Assembly (NCBI GenBank): GCA_003144275.1
Contig: NJBF01000006.1
Span: 1 to 32,000, forward strand
DNA length: 32,000 bases
Reading direction: 5' to 3'
Origin: Candidatus Heimdallarchaeota archaeon B3_Heim
GTDB lineage: Archaea; Asgardarchaeota; Heimdallarchaeia; Hodarchaeales; Hodarchaeaceae
Position numbers and translations under genes: made by a program. The notes under the pieces were generated by a model that did not search any database, was not told the origin of the DNA, and was given only the letters and a program-made list of their open reading frames with translations. This document shows, piece after piece, positions 9,541 through 18,400 of the stretch. Position 1 is the first letter of the stretch; each line of letters starts with the position of its first letter.

Positions 9541-10194
9541 TTAGTTTTTCTCTCCATCGTTATGTGTGTTCTCTACCTTATTCTTCTTTTCTATCCACGG
9601 AGGGTCTTCAGGCCAATTATTAATTATTTTTATTACCCTTCTATGAGTCCAATACATCATACCAAGTAAACTGAGTGTAAAAATGGCTAAAATTACCGGA
9701 ATAGGGAGGGGTTCTGTGTTTCTAGGAAAAATAATCTTAGTTAAATCATATACCACTGGCACAAAAAAGATCGTATAAAATACGAAATAGAAAATTGACA
9801 ACAAAGTAACAAATGTTCTCCATTGAGAAAATAATTTTGATGCTTTTCGAAAAGAAATAAGGTCTAAAGTTGAATCCAAGTTTATTGAGGCATTACCTTG
9901 CTCTGTTTTCCAATATATTTGAATTATTCTGGTTCTTTTTTCTTGAAGTTCGATTGATCGGAAAAAAAGCTCAAATACCAATACAGATAATACTAGAATA
10001 AGTGATAATAGAAAATTCATAAAGGAATCTATACTAGACTCATCTATTTTTCCATTAAAATATGCCAATATACCTCCTATACTAATTGCACTAAAAATAC
10101 TGGTTAAGGTGACCCACCAAACCTTATAGGAATCCTTCTTTTGATCTATTAGATATAATGCGTAATATAACTGTTTTTCCAAATTGAATGGCAT
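9541..10194 (-). CDS. Hypothetical membrane protein (about 4 TM helices)
   Basis: 217-aa ORF with ATG start and four hydrophobic segments. Confidence 0.7.
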   Translation of the reverse strand: MPFNLEKQLYYALYLIDQKKDSYKVWWVTLTSIFSAISIGGILAYFNGKIDESSIDSFMNFLLSLILVLSVLVFELFFRSIELQEKRTRIIQIYWKTEQGNASINLDSTLDLISFRKASKLFSQWRTFVTLLSIFYFVFYTIFFVPVVYDLTKIIFPRNTEPLPIPVILAIFTLSLLGMMYWTHRRVIKIINNWPEDPPWIEKKNKVENTHNDGEKN

Positions 10195-10298
10195 TCTGAT
10201 CTTATCTCCTTAATTGTTTCATAATTAATAACTTACGTCTAATTCCCTATTAAATCGATAATATCCCTAAAATTTCCCCTTCTGTTCTGAATTCCCCT

Positions 10299-10634
10299 CT
10301 AACCTCTTTCTTTTATTAATTTTATCTCAGAATAAATCTTAAGACTCATATTAACTTTTTTAATAAAATTATTTATCAAATCATCATTACTTTCCAAAGA
10401 AATAGTTTTCTCATTGAGTGTAAAAATTGGTTTTTTCTCATAAATGTCATTGATCCTACCATTTAAATCCAATATATTGTTCCTAATGTTCAAAAACTTT
10501 CTAATAGAAGAAATTCATTTATATTTGGAAAAAATACTAATTGAATTTTGAATAATTCTCAATTGATCTTCGTTTATGCGTTTATGCAAGGAGTGAATGC
10601 TTGGAGTGTCTTTACTCTTGTTAAATGTTCTCAT
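10299..10634 (-). pseudogene. Hypothetical gene interrupted by one in-frame TGA (10515-10517)
   Basis: ATG at 10634 reads 39 codons to TGA, then the same frame stays open to the stop at 10299. Confidence 0.35.
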
Positions 10635-10778
10635 TGTGATGGAGATTTGATGAAAATCTGAAAGTGGAGATGAGTTCAGGTTGGCGGTGGATGTATTGAT
10701 TAAAAATCTTTCTAAAGATTAAAGACCCTAGAAGAAGTATTACAACAGCTTGTTTTAATGCTCTGGTTTACGTGTTAA

Positions 10779-11530
10779 TCAATCGTTTATCCAACAGTCT
10801 GGATTATGTTTTTTTACTGCTTCCCAAAAATATTTCGTCTGAGGAAAAGAAATTTGTCTTACTGCTCGTGTTTTAGAGTTAATAACTGTGAAATCACTCC
10901 TTGGTTCACCATTTTTATTTACTGTATCAAATTTAATATCTCTAATAATGTTTATCGCTAGAGTTCTGTCAAATGGTACTCCATGCTTGAATAACATTGA
11001 TTTCTTGCTTCCTTTCCAAATTCTATATTCATTGGTATAATTATCACATCGAATGTGGTCATTATTAGCAATTTCTGAAAAATCTTCCAATATATTAGGA
11101 TCATAAACTTGTTTAAATTCAAAAAATCCTATAAAATAAAATTGACTGTCATAGGGACTTATATTTTTTTGGAAAGAAGCAAAAAAAGCTATGAAATCTC
11201 CTTTTTCAAGATTTTTTAATGCACTAATACGAGATTTTTTTATTGAATTTCCGTATGTAAAAGTATCAAATTCTGGATCATAATGAACAATAGTATCTGG
11301 GTCTCTAACATATTCCCCTAAACCAACACTCGCATACGTTCGTTCTCTCTGAATATTTACACCTTTACACGTCCGATGCAAATGATGAGATGTGTGAGCT
11401 TTTGGGCAATCATCGTTATTACACCACAAAGGAATAGGCATGTATGTAAATTGATTAATAGAGTCAATAGGAGGAAAATTCAATCCTTTTTTGCGTTCTC
11501 AATATATGCTTGATAGACTTTCGCTCGCAT
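10779..11530 (-). CDS. Nmad3-family (nucleotide-modification associated domain 3) protein, split by a -1 frameshift near its start
   Basis: FTYMPIP, VHYDPEFDTFTYG, LEKGDFIAFFASF, FYFIGFF and NNDH motifs. The ATG 11530 frame ends at GCA AAA AAG GAT TGA, and the -1 frame continues GLNFPPI. Confidence 0.65.
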
Positions 11531-11558
11531 TGTTACCCAATCCTTGAGTTTTTGACTT

Positions 11559-11855
11559 TTACAAATTCCAAAGGTAATTAATATTCTCATCAAGAAAAGT
11601 GTCGAATAATATAAAGAATCTCACCCCCAATCCAAATTCTGCATACCAAATAGAATATATCGATAGAATCGATGATAAATGCATAGCAGCTAGAATATAG
11701 ATTCCTAGAGTTATGTACATCCACTTCTGAATTGGTTTATCCTCATGTATAACTTTTTGATGGAGAAGGTTTGCCTCAAATAGTTCTCCCTCAAAAAATT
11801 CAGTGTATTTTTCTTTCTGCAAACTGAAATTCCTCCTCGTGAAAAATCCATCCAA
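11559..11855 (-). CDS. Hypothetical membrane protein (DUF5658-like); N-terminus probably frameshifted
   Basis: The frame extends upstream as LGGTLFILTILDGFFT...FEANLL, resembling the LD..LT...E.NPL pattern. Upstream ATGs (11925, 11932) are in other frames across an A6 run. Confidence 0.35.
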   Translation of the reverse strand: MDGFFTRRNFSLQKEKYTEFFEGELFEANLLHQKVIHEDKPIQKWMYITLGIYILAAMHLSSILSIYSIWYAEFGLGVRFFILFDTFLDENINYLWNL

Positions 11856-11968
11856 AATAGTTAAAATAAATAATGTTCCACCGAGCCAGCATGGGATTTT
11901 TTAACCACTGATCTAGTCCAGTCATAGTTCATTCACGTCCGATTTAGTACTATTGTTTTTTTTCCTTC

Positions 11969-12064
11969 TCACATTTCACGTATCAAAGTTCGTTCCCTTG
12001 ACAATGGTTTCCTCTCTTCTAGCAAGATCTTCTTAGCTAATTCAAGAAATGTTAATTTTGGTAT
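11969..12064 (-). pseudogene. Remnant of a HARE-type winged HTH N-terminus
   Basis: Reads IPKLTFLELAKKILLEERKPLSRE between stop codons, matching the typical MTF.E.A..VL.E...PLS start of HARE-HTH domains. Confidence 0.35.
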
Positions 12065-12701
12065 CTATTCTAACCATTCCATTTTACGTGAGTTCAAAGT
12101 TATAGATAATTATCAGGCTTAAGAACTTAATTATAATTCAGGAATCTCCCTTGAAAAGAAAAAAACAGAATATTTTTCTTCATCTTTTCTTATTGAACAA
12201 AATGGTGGCCCCTCTGGAAATTCAACATTATCTTCTGCCTTCATTTCTATCTATTAATCCATTCTAGCAAAAAATAAGAATTGGATCTTCTAGAATTAGA
12301 TACCCCTTTCTTTTTTTTCATCTGAAAATTCAATATTGGTCCCTGCTGAAATATCTATAATCTGACTCATTGAAACCAAAAATAATAGACTTCCTAATAT
12401 TATCTGATTGGAAATCTTCCTATGTATCATTTTTAACCCCTTCAAAACAAGTTATTCATTTCTGTGAAGAAATAATTTTAAAAAACTTTCTAGAAATCTG
12501 AAGTAAAATATCTAACGCTTAATTTGGAATCTAAGATTGAAATTCTGAGAGAATGTTTCGTTTGTTTGAAAATGTTTTGTAAACTGACTAAATTTTCCTT
12601 CTTCTAATAAAAATGGTAATGACAATTAATAACAAAGATATTGGTGTAATTAAAAAATCTGTTTTATTGAGTATTCCCTTCTAATGCCTTGTATTTACTC
12701 C

Positions 12702-12932
12702 TTAATCATCCAATCTTTTCTTTAAATCTCCACATCTTTCACATTTCAGAATAATTGATGCCCCAAATTTAAGGCTATTATAATAATGACCAAAAATGAG
12801 ACAAGTAACCTTTTTTACTAAAACATCAAAAAACGTTTTTGTTGAATAAATAATAACACCTACGAATCCTAAAATAATGAATAACCATACATCACTAGTT
12901 TGAATTGATATATTACCTATTTCAATTGACAA
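12702..12932 (-). CDS. Small protein with one TM helix and a Cys/His motif (DUF1660 prophage-protein-like)
   Basis: CLIFGHYY...CERCG pattern. TTG start preceded by GGGA. Confidence 0.5.
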   Translation of the reverse strand: MSIEIGNISIQTSDVWLFIILGFVGVIIYSTKTFFDVLVKKVTCLIFGHYYNSLKFGASIILKCERCGDLKKRLDD

Positions 12933-12969
12933 TCTTATTCCCTACTTAACTTTTTGAATATTTTCATGA

Positions 12970-13272
12970 TCAAACACTTTTAAAATCTGCTTTTGCTAGA
13001 ATATATCCCAACACAAGAGACATAATTAATAAAAATTGATCTCCTTGAAGAATTTGAATAGCAACTAGATATAATGTTCCAAGAATAATTATTATTACAA
13101 TAAAAGCTTGAATAGCGAATTTTTTAAATTCTAGGCTTGAACTTTCTTTACTCATTCTCTCATACATTTGATCTATTTTGGTTTTCTTGAGAAAATTTGC
13201 TATTGCATCCAACAATTCTTCCATAGTTACTTCTGGTTGTTGTTCATCCTGATTATCTTCTGTAGATGACAT
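12970..13272 (-). CDS. Hypothetical membrane protein (2 TM)
   Basis: GTGA element before the ATG, acidic N-terminus and two C-terminal hydrophobic helices. Confidence 0.65.
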   Translation of the reverse strand: MSSTEDNQDEQQPEVTMEELLDAIANFLKKTKIDQMYERMSKESSSLEFKKFAIQAFIVIIIILGTLYLVAIQILQGDQFLLIMSLVLGYILAKADFKSV

Positions 13273-13784
13273 CTTTTTTCACTTACTTATTAATCTTCTA
13301 GAAAAACTATATTATAATCTCTTCCTTCATCTAATTGAAAGAATAATAGAACTTAAGATGAATCTTTCATTTATAAATACTCTTTGCAGTCTTTGATGAT
13401 AGCTGTTATTAATGCTAATTGCTATTCTTTGGGTAATTTGTCAATAGAAAAGCCAAATAATTGTCTAAGTAAGGTTAAAATCATGTCTAATGCTTGGTGT
13501 TCTTCAAGGAGAAGAGTAGTACCTGGATACTTCAATAATTTCACATAAAACTCTTTGGGGTTAAGTATGATTAGATCACTCGTCCAGCATTTATGTGATT
13601 ACCGAATTTTCTTTTTCTTTAGAAAGCTTCTTTTTAAGTTTATTAATTTGAGCCTTCCAGTAGCCCGAATAGTCGTTTCAACAATTTTCGAACAGAAAAT
13701 ACCTTATGACTTACCTTTAATAGGTAATGGAACATTAGAATGGTATGGGGAAGAATATGACTCCTAGTTAACTTTTCTCTTCTT

Positions 13785-14420
13785 TTACCATTCTGCAATG
13801 AGTTTTTCAAAGTATTTTTTTCTCTGTTCTCCTATAGAGTCAAAAATTGCTTTTTCCTCCAAACCTTGGGTAATTCCGCTTTTGATTTCCTCGAAATACG
13901 GATAATTGGCCAAATCACGATCGTGAGCATTATAGAACATAATCCAACATTGACTATTTAAAAGCGCTATTGGAATTTGAGGTTTTGATTCCCATTCCCA
14001 TTTGCGATACGCCCCTGAATGGGACATCCATACTAATTCATGGAGCAAGGACGGTTTATATTTCCATGTAATGGCAAGTCCTTCTCGATAATTCTCTCCA
14101 AGACAATCATAAAGCATATTCTCGTAGTCATCATCTACAATTGCAGTAATATAGAAGTTCCTTTCTTCACTTACATACCACGAGACGATAGGATAGATAT
14201 GGGTGCGTTCAACTTCTTTCTTATATTCCCACTTGGGTATAATCACAGATTCAATAAAAATACGTGGAATAACATACATATAATGTTCATCTTTCGAATC
14301 TAATAATGTAATTAACTCAGATTCGGTTTTTACATTCAAAATATCCTTATCGTATTGAATAAATGTGTAAGGTGACCCAACTTTCTCATAACCATCACGA
14401 CTTTTTATATACACTATCAT
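13785..14420 (-). CDS. Hypothetical protein
   Basis: 211-aa ORF with ATG start and natural composition. No motif recognised. Confidence 0.7.
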   Translation of the reverse strand: MIVYIKSRDGYEKVGSPYTFIQYDKDILNVKTESELITLLDSKDEHYMYVIPRIFIESVIIPKWEYKKEVERTHIYPIVSWYVSEERNFYITAIVDDDYENMLYDCLGENYREGLAITWKYKPSLLHELVWMSHSGAYRKWEWESKPQIPIALLNSQCWIMFYNAHDRDLANYPYFEEIKSGITQGLEEKAIFDSIGEQRKKYFEKLIAEW

Positions 14421-14793
14421 TCATCCCAAAATTGGCGTCAGTTCAAATTATATCTTGGATTCATTCTTTTTAAGCTTTTCTTCCAACTTTATATCTTCAA
14501 AATTAGAATCTGGGAAGTTGATATCTACTCCAGAAACATTGGGTGTGAGAAAAAGGAAAGGGTACTGAATTAATGCCACACGAGAAATCCATGCTCGATT
14601 TTATTCATCATCCTTCCCCAGTCCACTCGCTTACTTTACCTCGCTGGTAAATAGGGTCAATGTCTAAGATCCAGCACGCTGTGATTGACCCCTTGCGATA
14701 ATAACCTTGTGATTTGTTCATAGAAGTTCCAGTCACTAAACCACTCATTCCCATGGAAAATTGTATCTCCGTTGAAAAGTCTGTTAAGGATAA

Positions 14794-16272
14794 TTATTCG
14801 CTTTCCCTTATACCTGTTGCTTTTCTAGCCGTTTTTTGCTTTTTATAAATATAAAAAAGTTCAGATAGTTCTTGGATCTGAGATAGCAAAGTGTTCAAGT
14901 CAATAGACACGAATTTATAATTATTTACTACTTTTTCACCGTTTGAAATGACATAGCTAATCTCATTTCCATTTGCAGCCCAAATTAAGTTTTCAACAAC
15001 GTTATCAGTCCTAGTAGGAGTGAGGTTGGGAACAGAAAGATCCACTATAGTAATATCGGCACTTTTTCCAGGAGCCAAAGAACCAGTATTATAATTCAAA
15101 ATTTGAGAGGGAATAATAGTTATCCGTTCTAAAACATCTTGAGCAGTCATCAACTTTGCATTTTTATGAAATGCTTTCTGATATTGCGCTGCTAAACGGG
15201 CGGCATTGATAATATTTTGGTTATCTGCACTCCCTGATCCATCAGTGGATATAGCAAAAGGAATGTTTCGACTTTTAAACTCTATTAATGGCGGCATTCC
15301 TGAACCTAGTATTGTGTTTGCTAAGGGGTTATGAATTACTGCAGTATTTGTTTCTGCGAGTATCTGCAAATCGTTTTCGGAATTATGAACCTGGTGTCCC
15401 ACAAATGTATTTTCATCTAAGAAGTCAATAGATTGTGCATATTCTATAGGTGTTAATCCATATTCCTTTGTAAACCATTGAGTTGTTGCAAATTCCTCAC
15501 TAGAATGAATGTGAATCATCGTTTGATGTCTATTAGCCCAGGTCTTTAATTGTTTGAGCAGTTCTGGACCGTTTGAGAAGAATTGATCAGGACCAGGAAT
15601 TATTCGGACATTGGGTTCATTTTTAAATTTCTCGAAGAGCGTATCCATTCTTTCAACTGCCACTTCTGCAGGTTTATCAAGGATTCGTGAATCATAATGT
15701 CTATCTTGTGATCCCACTGCAATGGTAATCTTAGTTTTTGCATCTCGGTTCGCCTCCACCAGTTCTGGTACATAATACTTATTGAAATTACAATGATGAA
15801 CCACTGCAGTTGTGATCCCATGTTGGAGATCATCTATACGCGCCTTTAAGTAGGTGAGGTAATAAGGGGACTGTCCAAACTTTTTAGTTAATGCCTCTTC
15901 TTCTTCATGAAGAAATCCTGTGAAATGATTCACTGCTTCATCGAGCCATGTAGTTAATGGAACATCTTTTGCTATACCGATAAGGGGAGATTCATGATCA
16001 TGCCCATGTGCTTTCACAAATCCAGGTAGGGCTACTCCATTTATCTGGGGAACATCATTACTACTTGTAATTCTTTCATCAGTAGCACCTATTACAGTTA
16101 AATCCGTACTGGAGTTACTAATGATCTTATCTATTGAATTTGGTACAAATTTTCCGACTTCTTTAATTAGATTCCCCTCTGTTAATACGTATCCATCCTC
16201 AATTCGAGTTTCTCTTCCTAAAGCGTCTGAAAGGGGAACCATCAATCTTGTGCGTACCAATATGCTCTTCAT
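14794..16272 (-). CDS. Amidohydrolase-family metal-dependent hydrolase (SsnA/MTA-SAH/guanine deaminase-like)
   Basis: PGFVKAHGH, HIHSSE, GHQVH, HNPLAN, STDGSGS and GSLAPGKSADI motifs. Confidence 0.9.
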   Translation of the reverse strand: MKSILVRTRLMVPLSDALGRETRIEDGYVLTEGNLIKEVGKFVPNSIDKIISNSSTDLTVIGATDERITSSNDVPQINGVALPGFVKAHGHDHESPLIGIAKDVPLTTWLDEAVNHFTGFLHEEEEALTKKFGQSPYYLTYLKARIDDLQHGITTAVVHHCNFNKYYVPELVEANRDAKTKITIAVGSQDRHYDSRILDKPAEVAVERMDTLFEKFKNEPNVRIIPGPDQFFSNGPELLKQLKTWANRHQTMIHIHSSEEFATTQWFTKEYGLTPIEYAQSIDFLDENTFVGHQVHNSENDLQILAETNTAVIHNPLANTILGSGMPPLIEFKSRNIPFAISTDGSGSADNQNIINAARLAAQYQKAFHKNAKLMTAQDVLERITIIPSQILNYNTGSLAPGKSADITIVDLSVPNLTPTRTDNVVENLIWAANGNEISYVISNGEKVVNNYKFVSIDLNTLLSQIQELSELFYIYKKQKTARKATGIRESE

Positions 16273-16470
16273 CTATCGATCAACTTCTACTCACGGTTAG
16301 CTAGATCTTTGTGAGGGTATCCTATTCCAATTTTTACCTCTGAGTTTACATTGAAAAAGATAGAGGCTAGTAATCAATATTATGAAGAGAGTTAGAATGA
16401 AATTTTTGGCAATAGTAATAGAAAAATCTAATAGGGATATTAGGGATGTGGTGTAAGCGTTGAAGTAAAG

Positions 16471-17853
16471 ATGTTTGATCTCTTGATTAAGAACGGAACA
16501 CTAGTAGACAGTCATGGAATGTACCATGCCAACCTTGGAATTACAGAAGGAAAGATTTCTACTATTTATCAGGGTAACAAAAGTGTTTCAGCTGAGAAAG
16601 TGATTGATGCCGCTAATAAATTAGTTTTTCCAGGCATTGTAGATACACACGTGCATTTCCAACTCCAAGACCTTGGAAAAATTATCTCCACTGATACTTT
16701 CAATTCTGGAACTCAGGCCGCGGCCTTTGGGGGAGTGACAACAATTATTGATTTCGCGGATCAAAAAAGGGGAGAGTCACCTCTTAAAGGATTTTTAGAT
16801 CGAAAGAAATCAGCAGATGGTCAGGTAGCTATTGATTATAGTCTTCATGTCTCTAAAACAGATTTGGAATATCTTGATGAGATACCTGAATTAATTAAAC
16901 GGGGTGTTACGAGCTTTAAATTTTTCACTACCTATGATTGGAGGAACCTTGACTTAACTGATACAGAGCTCGTACAGTTCTTTAAAAATGTCAGAAAAAA
17001 TCGTGGATTTGTTATAGGCCATTGTGAAAATAATTCTATGGTTAAAACGTATCGTGAGCAATTGATTCAAGATAACAAAGAAGATCCGATATACCATGCT
17101 CATTCCCGTCCTCATCTTGCTGAAGAAGAAGCCATACAACGAGTAATGCTCTTTGCACGACGAACAGGGGTGCACTTGCACATTGCACATATATCTACCA
17201 AAGAAGGGGGTGACCTTCTAGCTCAGGCAAAGCAAAATAATCTTCGAGTTACTGGTGAAACTTGTCCTCATTATTTACTACTCAATGAAAAGGCATATAC
17301 TACTCCAGATGGATACTTAAATCTTATGTCACCTCCTCTCAGGCACACAAAAGATCAACAAGCACTGATTAATCAGGTTCAATCAGGTGTTATAGATACT
17401 ATAATCACCGATCATTGTGAATTCTCTCGAGAAAGAAAAGGGAATGGCAAATTACCTTTTCATCAAGTAACCAATGGTATTCCAGGTATCGAAACTTCCC
17501 TTCCACTCATTCATGATTTTCTAGTAAATTCAAATAAAATCAGTTATCCTGGACTTGTCCAATTACTCTCCACAAACCCTGCTAAACTTTTTGGCTTGTA
17601 TCCCCAAAAAGGATCTTTACAGACTGGAACTGATGCTGATCTTGTAATTTTTGATCCTTCGGTCAGAAAAACTATCACACCAGATATTCTACATTATAAT
17701 ATAGATTGGAATCCATACACGAATTTTCAAGTAACAGGTTGGCCCTTGATTACAATTCTAAGGGGAAATGTTCTGTGTGAGGACGGAGATTTTGTCGGTG
17801 AAAGTAATGAAGGGAAATTTCTAAAAAGAGATCATCTAAACTATGGACATTAA
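16471..17853 (+). CDS. hydA: Dihydropyrimidinase / D-hydantoinase
   Basis: DTHVHF, AAAFGGVTTIIDF, SFKFFTTY (carboxy-Lys), HCEN, HIAHIS, ETCPHYL, TDHCEF and NGIPGIE motifs. Confidence 0.88.
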   Translation: MFDLLIKNGTLVDSHGMYHANLGITEGKISTIYQGNKSVSAEKVIDAANKLVFPGIVDTHVHFQLQDLGKIISTDTFNSGTQAAAFGGVTTIIDFADQKRGESPLKGFLDRKKSADGQVAIDYSLHVSKTDLEYLDEIPELIKRGVTSFKFFTTYDWRNLDLTDTELVQFFKNVRKNRGFVIGHCENNSMVKTYREQLIQDNKEDPIYHAHSRPHLAEEEAIQRVMLFARRTGVHLHIAHISTKEGGDLLAQAKQNNLRVTGETCPHYLLLNEKAYTTPDGYLNLMSPPLRHTKDQQALINQVQSGVIDTIITDHCEFSRERKGNGKLPFHQVTNGIPGIETSLPLIHDFLVNSNKISYPGLVQLLSTNPAKLFGLYPQKGSLQTGTDADLVIFDPSVRKTITPDILHYNIDWNPYTNFQVTGWPLITILRGNVLCEDGDFVGESNEGKFLKRDHLNYGH

Positions 17854-17855
17854 AA

Positions 17856-18266
17856 ATGCAAGATTTTTCAATTTTTACTGATGGAGCAGCTCGAGGGAAT
17901 CCAGGTCCTGCAGCAGCAGCCTTTCTTTTAGTACAAAATGAAAAACTTCTTCATAAACAAAATTTTTTCCTTGGAAATCGAACAAACAACCAAGCAGAGT
18001 ACCAAGCAATTATCAAGGCCTTGGAAGTCGCAAAAGGATACACGAAGGACAGTATTGTCTTATTCTCCGACAGTGAACTTGTTATTAAGCAACTAAAAGG
18101 GGAATATAAAGTCAAAAGCCCTCATCTTAGAACCCTGAACCATGAAGTGATAACACAAATCAAATACTTCTCTTCTGTCAAATTTATTCATGCTCCTCGT
18201 ACAAACTCATGGATTAAGAAAGCAGATAAGTTATGTAATGTGCTACTCAACCAACTAGAAAAATAG
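17856..18266 (+). CDS. rnhA: Ribonuclease HI (archaeal/Gram-positive type)
   Basis: FTDGAARGNPGPA, TNNQAEY, SDSELVIKQLKGEYKVK and ADKLCN motifs. Confidence 0.93.
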   Translation: MQDFSIFTDGAARGNPGPAAAAFLLVQNEKLLHKQNFFLGNRTNNQAEYQAIIKALEVAKGYTKDSIVLFSDSELVIKQLKGEYKVKSPHLRTLNHEVITQIKYFSSVKFIHAPRTNSWIKKADKLCNVLLNQLEK

Positions 18267-18400
18267 TTCCTCTTTCTGTTCATGGGAAGGATATAGAAAT
18301 TGCCATTAAATTCATTTATTTAAATGGGTCCTAATAAATCATCTTTACACTTCATTATCACTTTCTAAAGTATTTCTATGTTATTAGAGGTCAATTACTA

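Noticed and set aside
9541-14420. Search for a gasdermin or other pore-forming substrate near the caspase
   Set aside because: No ORF shows a gasdermin-like beta-rich pattern that I can recognise; the membrane ORFs remain unassigned.
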